Assembly: GCA_028534125.1 (NCBI GenBank)
Contig: CM052816.1
Location: 90,026,001-90,090,000, forward strand
Length of the DNA stretch: 64,000 bases
Source of the DNA: Lama glama
Taxonomy: Eukaryota
Reading direction: 5' to 3'
The position numbers and the translations under genes were made by a program. The notes under the pieces were generated by a model that worked only from the letters and a program-made list of their open reading frames with translations, did not search any database and was not told the DNA's origin. Position 1 is the first letter of the stretch. Each line of letters starts with the position of its first letter. Shown one piece after another: positions 35,810 to 48,879 of the stretch.

Positions 35810-38002
35810 CAGCAGTGTGCCAATGGGGGTAATTTAAAAAATTCTCTGGGCTTTTTCTAAGCCCATAGCTTTCTCATTCCACCCTGGCTGCTAAGATGCT
35901 CAGGAGATCATCCATTAGGTGAGGGAAGATGGAATAAGCATAAATAATTATAGAATGAATACAATGAAAATTGGTCAAAGATAACATGGCTAATAAAATT
36001 TAATTCAAGTCTAGTTCTGTAAATAGATTACAGTAATAAACTAAAGTGGAATGTTCAGACCTCTTTTGATCATCTAGCAATGTTTGAGGATGAGATATGT
36101 TCTGGAGATTTCTGTTTGACAAAAGCCATTTCTTACCCAGGCAGGCAGAAACACTGATTCCACAAACGATGAAGTTGACCAAGCAAAATACTCGGGAAAA
36201 CCATTTTATATGTGGTCTGTTGGCAGTTTGCTAAAAAAATGTAACTAAGTGGTTTTCATCAGACTCATCATAAACTTCACAAGAAAATATAAAATGTTTT
36301 CTTGGATTACGTGATTGCAATGTTAGTAAAACAATAAACATGCTGTAAGCACAGAGCACACAGAAGATAAAGTGTTCTGAAAACGTTTATTCATAATACC
36401 CTGGTTACAATGCCGAAATATGCATTATTTTTGAAGAAAATTAGGTGGATTAGTCACTGCTGGTTTAACGTCTGACAGATCAATGAAAAGATTAAAGTAA
36501 CCTGGAGAGAGATCTTTTCGAAGACTTTGTGTCAAGCGAGAGTCTTGACGTTTGTTTTCTTAATGTTTTTATCAAAGAAGATTTTGAAACTATTTCTCGT
36601 ATTTGAGTGCATTTTCTTCAAGGTTATTATTCTCATAAAGCAGAAAACTATAGATAAGGTTTTGTTTTATTTTTTCTCATAAGAACTGGCTGGGATTATA
36701 GGGAATATGTGGCTAACGGTTTGTGGGTTTCATGGAACACGATTTGATATTCCAGATTTGATTTGTAACATCAGAGAAAGAGTATCTTGAAAAGAAGCCG
36801 AGTGCTTCCCATACAGACCAGGATAGAACTGTAGAAAAGATTTGTTGGTCTAATTAAAAGGGTTTGCACCCAAGACGTGGAGGCTAAGGAGAAATGTAGG
36901 CAATTACAACCAGAAAATCAGATATTCTGACTGGGAAATACCTGGCTTTCTGGTCTACCCTCAGAGGCCTACCCATTTCTGTTGGCTAAAGCATGTCACA
37001 GCCCCAATTCAGACCCAATTCCCATTTGTGGACAGATACAGTTTTTGGAAAAGTTAATATTGTACTAAAAATCCTACCCATGGTAAATGTTACCGCACAG
37101 CTTTGTCTGACTCCCTATGTCATTTCACCCCGTGCTGCCTTTGTTAAGCTCATCAAAACATTCAATAAGAAATTGTATGATACTGTTGGAAATAAGATAA
37201 AAATGCAAGTTGGACAATTACACAGTTGGATGTAAGAAATTTATAGATATCGTAGCTCAGAGATCTAAAAATAAATTTTAGTCCTGTTTTATTCAACCCT
37301 TTTATCAATCACTTTAATGTTTTATTAATTACATTATGTCATTAAAAGTCTCACTAAAATGAAGTTGAATTCTCAAATGTATTTTATATTCCAGCACATA
37401 AGCTATCTTTGAAATTGTTAGTTATGCTTTTAGAAAAAGAGCTAAAATGGAGGATTTGAATCACACAGTGACACAATTCATACAGTTTTAATATATTTTC
37501 TGTGAATAGACTATGTTGTAAGGAGTGTACTCTGCTGCAGTTTTTAATGTCTTTCTTTCTATGTAATTCTATCCTTTCCATTTCTGTAAACCTGATCAAA
37601 AACACAATCATCAGGGTTATATAATTTGTAATTGTTAATTCGAGGGAGCTTTTTTTCAGATATGATTAAGGAGATTTTCCCCCAAATTTGTATTTTTCCA
37701 AATGCATAATCCTGTAATTGTTGAGTTGTTGAGAAATAGGCACAGTGGCCTCTGATTCACTGCCTTCAGTTTCTAACAGTACATTTTATTTTGTCATGAT
37801 TAGTCTTTATCAGATAGGGTTAATCTTACATGTAGGATACATCACAGTTTGATGTTTTTCTCTCCTTCCAGAGAGGCAACTGAACAAACAGGGTAGGAGA
37901 ATAAGAGGCAATAAAGAGAGGGGCATAGCCAGACTGAGAGAGGACAGTAGCTGGTGACAGAAAGCAGTTCAGGTATATTGCAGGGACAAATATAGTTCAG
38001 TT

Positions 38003-38652
38003 TGTAACCAAGTAAGACCCTATGGGGCCATCCTCGGACAGACTTCCCCATGTCCTTTGCCCATCTCTATTTTGTAGAACTTCAGCTTCCTAGGCCTCCC
38101 CCAAATTCTAAAGAATACATTCAATCAGAGAAGTGAGAAAATGCAAAACAAAAGAAAAGCGGTCAAGCAAGACAAAATAATAATAGTTTAGCCATCAAAC
38201 AAAGTCAAGGACCTTTAGTTTCTGCTCAAGGTCTATAGATCATATTGTGAGCTAATATAGATAAAGTTCAAAGCTAATATTCTTTGAGCTGTTCTGCAGA
38301 TACTAAAACCCCGACCAGGGGGAAGACATTGACCACACGTTAACCACAGACATGTAGACCCCAGACTAGTTGGAACCAGAGGTTAGTGTTGTTGACTCCC
38401 GATAACCTCACCACCAACCAATCATAAGAAAGTCCGAGTGCTAATCATACACCCCACAACCCTCTCCCTCACCCTGTCTTTGTAAACCTTTCCCTGAAAG
38501 CCACTGGGGAATTTGGGTCTCTTGAGCATTAACTGCCTGGACTCCTTGTCTGGCTTTGCAATGAAAGCTGCACCTTTCTTCACCACAACCCCATGTCAGT
38601 AGATTGGCTTGACTGCACATGGGCGAGGGGACCCAAATTTGGTTTGGCAACA
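38003..38652 (+). mobile_element. ERV1-type solo LTR (about 650 bp)
   Basis: tgtaacc...ggcaaca termini; U5-like gcaatgaaagctgcacc...gtcagtagattggc...ggacccaaatttggtttggcaaca; no primer-binding site (PBS) downstream. Confidence 0.8.
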
Positions 38653-38949
38653 GTGCTGGAAAGGACTGCAGAGGAAGGAGCTTTTCCTCAGTGGTGAACT
38701 CCACCAAAGAACCCCCAGACTGGGAGAGAGCAGGAAGTAGGGAGTTAAAAGGCTGTCTGCGTAACATCTGCTCCAACTTGGGTCCACGTCCCAACAAAGG
38801 CAGCAAGTGGTCCCCCAGGGCGAAACTAGATAACCCATCCCAAATTCTCCAGACACTGAAAATCTGTTCGGGAGAGCCTAAGATGCTGGGAAGACACTGT
38901 GTGAGCACTTTTAATCTGAAGCATGAGTCGTTTTTACATTAGAGAACTT

Positions 38950-39480
38950 TTATAGAGTTCTTTGATTATTGTTTTCTGTCAATTGTTTCTGTCTTCAATT
39001 ATTGTTTTCCTCGTTGTCTCCCTTTCTGGAATAAATATTAAACTAATATTGCACTTTCTGGATACATCCTCAAGCTTCTTTCCTTCTCCCTCTCTCTCCC
39101 ATCTTTTTTTCACGTGTTTTCTTTTTTAATTTACTTGCTTTTACTTTTTTATTGACTCCTGGGCAAATGATTCTACTCCATTTTCGTGATAATTGATCAT
39201 TTTACCAAATCTGTTCTGGTATTCAGCACTTCAGTTGAGTTGTTATAGTTGTTGCTATTGCTGTTGTAGGAAGAATCTTTTATTTCCACAATTGTTTTCC
39301 TTTTTAGCAACTTTTCTCAGTTTGGAAATATGATGTTCACTGGAGTTTTCTAGTATAAAGAATAGATTTTTTGAAGTGCTTTTTCCTACTTCTTGAATAG
39401 CTCTTTTTATACCTCTACATATTATTTCATATTCTTCTTAAATAGTCTTTGACTTTTGATGATTCATTAATATGTATATG
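38950..39480 (-). mobile_element. Ancient L1/HAL1 ORF1 relic
   Basis: T-rich; ctttctggaataaatattaaactaatattgcactttctggatacatcctc resembles the antisense ORF1 segment; highly degenerate. Confidence 0.4.
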
Positions 39481-40623
39481 AATGTCTTAAGCAGTCTTGG
39501 CAAATGGGATGGGTTTCCTCAGCTATTAGAATACTCAGTGGTACCTGGTGATCCAATCAGCTGTTGGTTTCAGAGCCCTGGTGGTCGTGAGAGAGCCTGG
39601 CCTATGATGATGGTCAGTATCTCCTGCAGAGTTAGCAGGGGTCTGGCTTTCAGAGGAGATGCTCCTTGTTTGCTGCCTTCCCGTTTCTCTTTCAGACTCA
39701 ATTTCTCACATTGGAAGTAGCAGGTGACCTGCTTCATCTATCCACCTCTTACAGCTTTACTGAGAACAGACACCAGTGCTTGGCCTCTTGAGATTGGACT
39801 CTGGAATAGCCATTCTGAAATCTTGCATCACAATCTCTCTCCCTGCCCATAGGATGTCTGAGGTCATGCTGTATCTGATTTAAGGGCTTTCCTGGGTGGG
39901 TACACCTAATCTCATATTTGTCAGCAATTGAATTCTTTTTTCTCTCTATGCTTTAGACAACTTACTGTTTGAGATTCACTAATGGTACCCATGAAGATTT
40001 CCTAGTCACTATGGATTATCTTTTATTCTTATGATTCTTTCATTTTAATTGGATTTTGGTAGTAAAGAAAGATGTACTTATCAGGTTTTCTGAACCTGAA
40101 TACAAAGTCTGTCTCTAAAATTTACATTTAAATGTCTCTACTTTAATGCAAAGTTAATCAAATTAATAATGATAGAAAAAAAATCTATTGATGAATATAA
40201 AAATTATGAATGGACAGGCTTTTAGTTTTTGACTAGAGAATTGGACTGTATATTGAATGAAAAATGAACATTAGCCTACACAATTGCAGCTTAACACTAG
40301 GAACTTAAGAGAAGTGAAAATAATAATATTGCATCACACCCTCTCCCTCTCTCACCCCAAAAAGTCATCTGATAACCCCTTTTCACTTTTCTATGTATCA
40401 ATTAATTTACACAAGATCCAAAAAAATTTTACAATTAACAGTGAATTATAGAATTTCAAAATAAAGAGATTGGTTAATGTCTTACTATAATCTTTTAAAC
40501 TAATTTACTTATAAGAGTTTTTCTTTATGAATCGTGGTAACCCAATGCTACCCTTTCATGCTCCTCTCTCTTTTTTATGCTGGGATCATGGACTCTCTAT
40601 TTCATTGCTTTTTATTATTGGCC

Positions 40624-41265
40624 TGTTGCCGACAGATGCAACCAGTGTTCCAGGTTCTTGTCCCGTCTCAGAAAGAATTCAGAGATAAGACGTAGTGGTT
40701 AAAAAAGTTAAAGTGAGGATTTATTAAAGGATGGATAGTACACTCTCAGGGGAGAGCAGGCAGGCTCAGGTGAGTAGCTTCCCTGAGTTTTTTTGGCAAG
40801 TTAGATACATAGGGTATAAAAATGAATGGGCAGAATATTCATTGGGGAGGGAAGGGTTTGGGGTCATCATCCTCCATCCCTTCCCAAAGGGAGGAGGGAT
40901 TTTTGTCCTTATTTCATCTGGATCAGAAGTGTCATGGTGTCGGTGCATGATGGGTACTTCTGATCTGCAAGGCTAATTTTATTGAAATGAGGGCATAATG
41001 AACAAAAGCTTACATTCAGACACTAGAAATTCCTGCCTTTTCTCACCTTTCTTTGTTCTTCTCCAGGCCACTTGTCACCCCAAAAGGCATGATCCCTTAT
41101 CAGCCCCAAGGTTCCTGCTTTTCTTTCTCTGCCCAAGGACCCCTGCTGCTTGCATGATGTGTGGTTTCCTGCATTTGGCCTGTGCCCCTCCTTTCTGCCC
41201 AATCCCTGCCATATGGTTTGTGTCCCCCATCTCTGCTCATATCTAGCTATCTGCCTGCTCTAACG
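40624..41265 (-). mobile_element. Relatively young ERV1-type solo LTR (642 bp) with 4-bp TSD
   Basis: tgttg...taacg termini (CA mutated to CG); exact TSD ggcc at 40620-40623 and 41266-41269; minus-strand AATAAA near 40720. Confidence 0.85.
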
Positions 41266-43815
41266 GGCCACTCTACTAGTGTTTTACTTCAAAAAGCTGA
41301 TATGATCTGAATGTAGAGTTCTAATTTAGTTTTGGTAAAATCCAAATACCTTGTATCAATCAAGATTTACAAAACAACACCTTTTCCAAGTCAGTGTGCC
41401 TTGGTTAAGAACGTCTCTACTAGATTATTTTCATTTCACACACTCACTCCTTTTAACCAGAATTCTCAGAGTGGATACATCCTGGATTCATACATCACCT
41501 CTCTTTTCGGCATTCGGTGTTCTGATTCTTCACTTTCCACCACAGCGAGGATGATAGTATCACTTTCGAATTCAATACCCCTGATCCTGCTATGCTGTCT
41601 CTCCATCTTCTCTACTGCTTCTTTCTAACACAAAACAAAGGAACACTCAGAGGAAGCACAACAGTACTACCCAGTCCAAAAAACGTCATTCTACACCACA
41701 GGATTGTCACTCGTAAAACTCCTCCAGCTCTGCCCACTGAGCCAGCTCTCCCAGGTTATAAGTTTTTGGTGACCTTAATAAAATAAAAGCCTCTATACTT
41801 TTATTACCCAATTCACTAAGGGATCTTAGACGATGGCCACTTTGTTCCAAATTTAAAACATCTTTTCTTTACTGGCTCACAATAGACAGTGTGGTATTCC
41901 GGAAAGCCTCCTGCTCTCAGACCCTGCACTCAACTCACAGTGATTATCTTTGCCAACTATTTCATTTTCTGCATTTTCTTTGCGGTAATGCCCCAGCAGT
42001 TGTGTGTGGTTGGTTGCGTTATCCAAATGGCTTTCAAGCTGAACACATGCTTCAAATTCGCTTAAGTATTTGGGCAGCATGGGAATTATCTATTAGCCAG
42101 GATACTCTCACAGACCACATTTCTATTAGTGAGATAACCATGTCCCTCCTAATCAGAGGGGAAAAAAAATAATGTAAGGTCACTGTGTGTGTGAGTTCAA
42201 AACAAATGGCATTTGAAGTCTGAAAATGTATCAATGGATCCTGAACATTTAAATCATTCAGTTTCTGCCAATGTAGTCAGAGCTATAAAAAGTGGATTTA
42301 AAGTCTCTCTAATTTAGGTATATTTATTTCACTTTGATATTCATGTATCTCTTCCTTTTCCCTTTCTCATTTGATTCATCTGTTTGCTTTTGGCCAGCAC
42401 CATGGCTATGTATGTTTTAGTGAGCTTTGTTTAAAGTGTCATATAGTTGCTATAATGTCCAAAATTATAGATGTCAAGTTATCAGACAGGAAAGCTGTTC
42501 CAGAAGTAAAAATTGCCCCCAAATTGACATGAAATATTCATGTGTTACTACTTCTGAGCCAAGGAATAAAAAAAAAAAATAGGATGAGGAAGACATGCTA
42601 AAATAAGCTTACATTTCCATTTAAAAATGTTGTCTGTTGAACAAATATGTTGGGGAAAGGCAGAGACAGAAGATTTAAAGAAGCATTCATTGATCATTTC
42701 CAATATAAAAGAAGCACTTCATTCTCACCAAAGAGGAGAATTAAATATTATATAGATCTAGAATTCTTCTATCCAGATTTAACCTCCAATGACATTTCTT
42801 TCTCTCTGTCTTCTTTTCTCTCTCTTCTCCTCACTCTCTTCAGCATCCAATTGAGTTTTCATTTTGAATAATTTTTTTATCCTTTATTTATCCCATCAAT
42901 AAAAAAGTATTAAAAAATTCATGGTATTATTCTTTTACAAATGGATACAAACTAGTTTATTCTACTGAATGGATAATAAATTATTTTTCCCTTTTTTTTT
43001 TACTGCTGGGTATTTATATCTAGAGAAGAGATTTCTAGTTGTGCCTGAGTATCTTTCCCCCATTTTTCATAATAAAAAAAAATGAACTGCATATGCCCCT
43101 GCTGTGGCCCCTTCGTGATTCCTGTGACATGGATGTGGATTTGACTGTGTAAGTGAACACGACCTCTTAGAGATGGCAGACTGACAGACATTCTGGACAG
43201 AACTTGAAACCCTGGCAAATTTGTGAGGCAGAGTAATTACATCAGGACTAGATTTCTTAGCTTAAATACTTTTAAAGAAATCTCCAGCTATCAAGTTAAA
43301 AGGCATTAAGCCAATCTAAAGTGAATGATAGTTTGGAAGGCCCATTTTCTCCTCTTGCCCTCATTTCTACAGACATTTCTACAAATACCACAGGGATTTT
43401 AATGCTGTCAGCAATTCTCATATGAAAGCAATGACTCACCTTCGCTTTCTTGTCGTTCAGAACACTTGCCTTCTTCTATCATTCATGGGAAGTTCTCACA
43501 TCATCTGTCTCTTCATGTCTTATACTCAGCTTGCTCTCTGATGAGAAAGAACAGGCTTTCTTCTGTAAGGGCCCAGCCCTTTCAAAGAAGATTTTCACTC
43601 TGGGAATGGGCAATAAAACTGAACAGAACAGCCTGAGCTTTTGTGCAATGGAGTTTTTTCACGGTGCTCCAGGACTTGGTTTTGATCAAGTTCAAGTACA
43701 AATTCACTCTACATTTGAAACAATTGTCCATCTCAGCATTCAAGGAGTACGGCTCTGCCTAGCAAAGCTACCAGACTGGTACTGGACATTATCCATGAAA
43801 GTCTCCATTTTCTTG

Positions 43816-44306
43816 TGAATGAAAAATACTGCAAACCATATCAGTAAACAAAGAATGCTGAAACCATCAAGTCATCTGCGGCTGCTGCCACCCCCCAGGG
43901 AAGACAAGCCTGCAGCCAGGCCTCTGCAGCCCAGCCTCTGCAGCCACTCACAATGGTGCACCCGGAGGGGACTCAGGGTAAGAAAGGACAGGACACTGGC
44001 CCTAGATAGCGAGGTGCTTGTCAAAGGAATGAATTCAATGAGCCCAAATGTTTGCTTCCTCCCGTACATAGAAAAGCACTAAATTCTTTAACTTGAGATG
44101 CCTGGCTTTCTTTAGACAACAAGGAATCTTCAAATGTTCGAACTCCCTAGTCTTTGTTGTAAAGCTCCTATATATCCTAGCTCCTCCCCTACCTCTAGGG
44201 AGCAGCCCCTCAGAGCGATCTGAGAGGCTGTCATCCCAGCTCGAGTCCTCCTGCCAAATAAAACATAACTCTCAACTTTTAGGCTGTACATTTACTTCAG
44301 TCAATA
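43816..44306 (+). mobile_element. ERV1-type (MER4/MER41-like group) solo LTR
   Basis: Starts tgaatgaaaaatactgc; TATA-like tatatat near 44168; AATAAA near 44257; ends ttcagtcaata; TSD-like cttg/cctg. Confidence 0.78.
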
Positions 44307-44908
44307 CCTGTCTGTGGAGGACCTGGCTAAAAATCTCGTTCGTGTCTATTGTACGTTTATTTTTTAAGAAGTAGGACTCAAGAGTTATATTGGTATGTCA
44401 ACCGTCCATCTAGAAATTGCGTTTCATGACCTCTTTGTAGCTGAGAGCCTACAAATGTAACTAGACATTTGAGTAAGTCTTGGCAGAAGGAGCTCAAGAG
44501 GCGTGTGTGACTCCTGGGCCATCTACTTTCAGATAAGGTCTAAGCTGACATCAATCTGCAGTACAAGCTGCGTCCCCTTCCTAGTGAATGTCACTCTCCT
44601 CATCCATGAGGCCTGTGGTCGGAACACTCGCTTCTTTCCTTCCTGCAGACGATTCATAAAGCCGTTCCTACCATCTCCTCCCTGGGAAGACACTGCTACA
44701 TTTCTCTCAAGTCTTATCATGAAAGAACTAGCAGTGCCCTATGTTTTCAAAGTTTTCCCAGAGTATAATGGGAGCCTCTCTTGGAGACCTCTGCCTTCAA
44801 AAAATATCATCTCATATTTCTTAATTTTCAGTCCTTCCTAAGATTTGGCCTGAGAGGATCTAAAGAGCAAAAAAGCAACCCCGCTCCCTCTCGTTCTTCT
44901 TCTAAAAA

Positions 44909-45434
44909 TGTTAGGTAGTTAGATAAGTGGGGGCACCGGGCAGATAAGGTGGAGGCGAGGGAGCATGGTACAGAAGATGGCAGTCTGCCTGCCTTCAGTA
45001 TAAAGGGGCTTTACTTCCTCTAAATGAGCGCCAGCAAGAAACTGGTTAAAACCCGATGGCCACGACCTGGACATGACACAATGCTCGTTGTAATATAATT
45101 AGCATTGTGGCTTAGGTCCCTCCATGGTTTTCTGTGTGCATCACTGGTAAGGATATGCAAAAGGGGATGAGCATGACTAAGCACTCCAGGGGCAAGAACC
45201 TTCAGTCAATCAGGAGATCATCTCTAAGTGAGGGTGTAAGAGAAGGGGCAAGCAAAGACCATTATTATCTACCCTTGGATCAGCCTGCCTCCCATTCCTG
45301 GAGGTGTACCTTCCCTTTGCTAATAAAATCTTCAAAATCTTTTGCTACAGAACACTTCCATCTCCCATCTGAATTCTTCTCTTTTGGGTACGACAAGAAC
45401 TGGAGTCTTTCTCCCCTTCCCTTTTGGGATAACA
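44909..45434 (+). mobile_element. ERV1-type solo LTR (526 bp)
   Basis: tgttaggtagttagataag...ttttgggataaca; AATAAA near 45322; U5-like gaattcttctcttttgggtacgacaagaac; TSD-like aaaa/aaac. Confidence 0.8.
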
Positions 45435-45478
45435 AAACTATCTGTCCCTTCATCTTAGAAGCTGTTGATAACACATTT

Positions 45479-45864
45479 TCTTTTTACTGAAGTATAGTTA
45501 ATTTATAATGTTGTGTTAGTTTCCGGTGTAGAGCATAGTGATTCAGTTATACATATGTACACATTTTATATATTCATATATATTTTATAATTTTATATAT
45601 ATATAAAACTGAGTTATATTTATATTCTTTTTCATATTCTTTTTATTATAGGCTATTACAAGATACTGAGTTTAGTTCTCTGTGCTATACAATGGGATCT
45701 TGTTGTTTATCTATCTCATGTATAGTAGTTTGTATTTATTAATCCCAAACTCTTAATTTATCCCTCCCACCTCTTTCCCCTTTGGTAACTATAAGTTTGT
45801 TTTTTTGTGTCTGTTTCTGTTTTGTAAATAAGTTTATTTGTATCATTGTTTTAAGATTCCACAT
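45479..45864 (-). mobile_element. 5'-truncated L1 3' tail
   Basis: tactgaagtatagttaatttataatgttgtgttagtttccggtgtagagcatagtgattcag...gattccacat; TSD-like ataacaca(t/a)tt on both sides. Confidence 0.88.
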
Positions 45865-46779
45865 ATAACACAATTAATAAATGGCTTATAGGAGCAGAAT
45901 GAGAGGATGACAGAGATGTCATTACTGCAGAGTTACCCATATTCCCGAATCTTTTTAAACTCATATTTCGTACAGCGTCTTTGGCCAGCACTTTAAAATG
46001 TCACTTTTTTTCTCCCAAAAGTCCATATATGAGGTGGTTTTGAGAGTAGCAAAATGACTTTAGTTTCTTTAATTGTTAGAAGACCATGAATTATTCTCCC
46101 GTGCCACACAGAAAAGAGTAAATTAAAGAGGAAAGGAAACCGGGAGATGATTCCTACACAACGTTCCTGCTACATCTCCAGCCACTGGATAAAGAGAAGT
46201 AAGATTTTAGTCACTTTGGTTCCCCTCATTTTCCTGCGTACATCTCTTCCCTTCCTCCTGACCTCCAACTGTGTTCTCTTCAGTGCTGCAGAAATGCGTT
46301 ATCAGCAGACAGAAGGGACCCCAAGGTAAAAAGGCTAGTGGAGGGGAAAGCACTTGGTGAAGAAGCTGTAGTTATTTTCATAGGAAAGAGTTGACAGGGG
46401 AGAAGGACGAGAAAGAGGAAACCTGCTTGAGCTGGGAAAGGAGAAAGAGCTTTTTGAGAGCTTGGAAAATGAGAGGCCTCTAAGCTCTGTAGATATGGTA
46501 ACATTTCAGAGGAAAGAAAACAGGATGTGAGAAGAGTTGCTGGGATAGTTATTAAGTTATCTTTTAAACTTATTCTAAATGATGCAAGGTAAAGATAACA
46601 ATTATTGTTCTTTTTTATTCTGGAGTAATCGAGTGATTCAAATGGATATAAGAACAGGGACTGGAAATTGTCTGGCATTCATACAGACTGCTTGAGGATT
46701 TCCACATGGGATTTGGATATAAAGGTGTAACACTCCGCTGTGCTTTCTCAGATCAAGATCACCATCTTAAACTTGCTAC

Positions 46780-47505
46780 CTTCAAAATATACCTTGAGTC
46801 TCATCGCTTGTTACCATCTCTTCTATTTCTCACTCCGCTCTCACCCAAGCCTTATAAGCCTCTAGATTGCTTCTGCCCTTGCATTCTAAGAACTGCTAAT
46901 CCTTTTTTTTGATATATCAGCCAAATCATGTAATTAATCTGCACAAAGCTCTACAGTAGCTTCCCATCTCATTCAGGAAAGTATCCAAAATCCTTGTAAT
47001 GACTTGTGAGACCCTCTGATTTACACATTGATGTCTATGGCTTTTTTCCCCTGCACTCAGCCGTCTTCATCCCTACTGGATATTTTGCTGTTTTATTGTT
47101 CTTTAGGAATGCACTAGCCTCGGGGAATTTTGGCTTACTAATTCCTCTACATGAAATATTCTCTTACGGTGCACCCAGGGAGCTGCAAATCTTCTTCTCT
47201 CACTTTTGTTAAGTCTCTCTTTAAATATAAAACTATCACAGAGAGATCTGTCCTGCCTACCCTACTTAAAATAATAAGCTTTTTTTTTCTCCCTCTATTC
47301 CCAGTTCTGCACACCCGCTTTTCTCTTTTTTCTTCATGATGCTCATCGCTCTCTGACATACGTGCAGATGCTTGTTTGTTTTCTTCTTTTCTATTCCCCA
47401 CAGTTACAATATAAACTTGATGAGTTTTGCTATCTACTAAATCTCCTGTGCCTAAAAAATGCCTGGCACTCAAAAAATATTTCTTGAAAGAGTGAATGAA
47501 TAAAT
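46780..47505 (+). mobile_element. L2 LINE 3' portion
   Basis: gcttcccatctcattcaggaaagtatccaaaatccttg...tgcctggcactcaaaaaatatttcttgaaagagtgaatgaataaat is the L2 3' terminus. Confidence 0.75.
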
Positions 47506-47594
47506 GCCACCTACTGAGAAAAGAGTGCAAAGTAGTGAGGGTGTCATCCAGCTTGAGCCACAGAGCATTTAAAGAGTATTGCAAAGTCTATGAG

Positions 47595-48870
47595 TTTGGG
47601 GAAGATGGTGGTAAGAGTGGCATAGTTTCTGAAACTCCTTAATCTCCCAATAAAAATAGGCAGAACATGTAGCACTGCAAAATTTAAAAAAAACAAACAA
47701 ATAAATACAATATCTACAAGAAAACTTTACAGCATACGGGTAGGTGGAGGCACAGCAGGGCAGCTGCAAGACCCATGTGCTGTGAGTCTACGTGCACTAG
47801 GAAGCAAAGGAAAGCAAAGCGGTACCTGACGGATGGGAGATGAGAAGCCTTCTGTGAGCACACAAACACCTCTGAGCAGCTGAAATTAGGAGGAGCTTCA
47901 GGAGAATTCAGTTGGCAAATTAAATGCAAGGGGATCCTAGAATAATCTGTAAGCAGTCTGAGCTCCAGGCACTTTAGAAACTATTAATCTGAATCTTTCT
48001 TCCAGAATAAAGCTTAGTCTCAAAGGAAAATTATACGGAAACTCTCCAGGACAAATGGAACAGAAGGTACAGATGGAAGTGAGGGAAGAAGCAGATAAGT
48101 CAGATCTCAGAAAGTAAGAAGTACTTTTTTTCTTTGACTGATTACTTAGTGAAAATAATATAAAAGAATTCTAGGGCAATAGAAATGGAAATGTTATCTT
48201 GCCCCTTTCCTCCCAACTAAAAGAACAGAAGAATTTATTTCACTTAAAATCCTTAACAAAAGTAGCTGCAAACAAATTCTGTATACAGATAATCAGGCGT
48301 AACAATGTCTCCATAGAAAATAAAACACTTTAGAAAGACAAAGCCACAAAATAAAAGTGGCCTAAATTTTAAAATGGGTTCAAGTCATTAAAAATAATAG
48401 AAACTATCAAGAAATAAGATAAATCAGATTTTTTTAAAAAACTCAAAATGGGGATGTTGATGTGAAAAATCAGGTAAGAAGAGGGGACACAAAACTCAGA
48501 AAACCAGTAAAAGAAAACAAAATTCAGAAGTCAAGACAAAAATTAGAAAAAGCACAAGAGCAAGTATAATGGCTACTGGTTTAGCTATAAGAGATGGAAA
48601 GAATCATTCTTGAAATTTAGAAACAAATGGAGAGAGGAATAAAAGTGAATTCAAGAGAAAGCAATAGCTATAGAAGGCAGACAAAGGGACCAACACAGAT
48701 TGACCAGCAGTTCAAAAATATAAAACCAAAGCGATGGAACATACTCATACTAAAAACTACTGTTCCATAGAATGTTCATAAAATAATAAACAATAATTAA
48801 CTAAATATTCAAAACACAGACTGTATACCTCAGAAAATTCTGAAACTTATTTTCATAAAACTATCAGATT
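47595..48870 (+). mobile_element. Ancient L1/HAL1 5'-ORF1 relic
   Basis: gggaagatggtgg start; A-rich coiled-coil-like ORF1 remnants (gcaatagctatagaaggcagacaaagggaccaacac). Confidence 0.45.
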
Positions 48871-48879
48871 TTTTTAAAT

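Noticed and set aside
38441..38942. 155-aa and overlapping ORFs
   Set aside because: They cross an LTR boundary and have no gag, pol or env motifs.
38003..45434. Possible provirus bounded by paired LTRs
   Set aside because: The LTRs differ in sequence and orientation, several have their own TSD-like flanks, and no PBS, polypurine tract or internal genes are visible.
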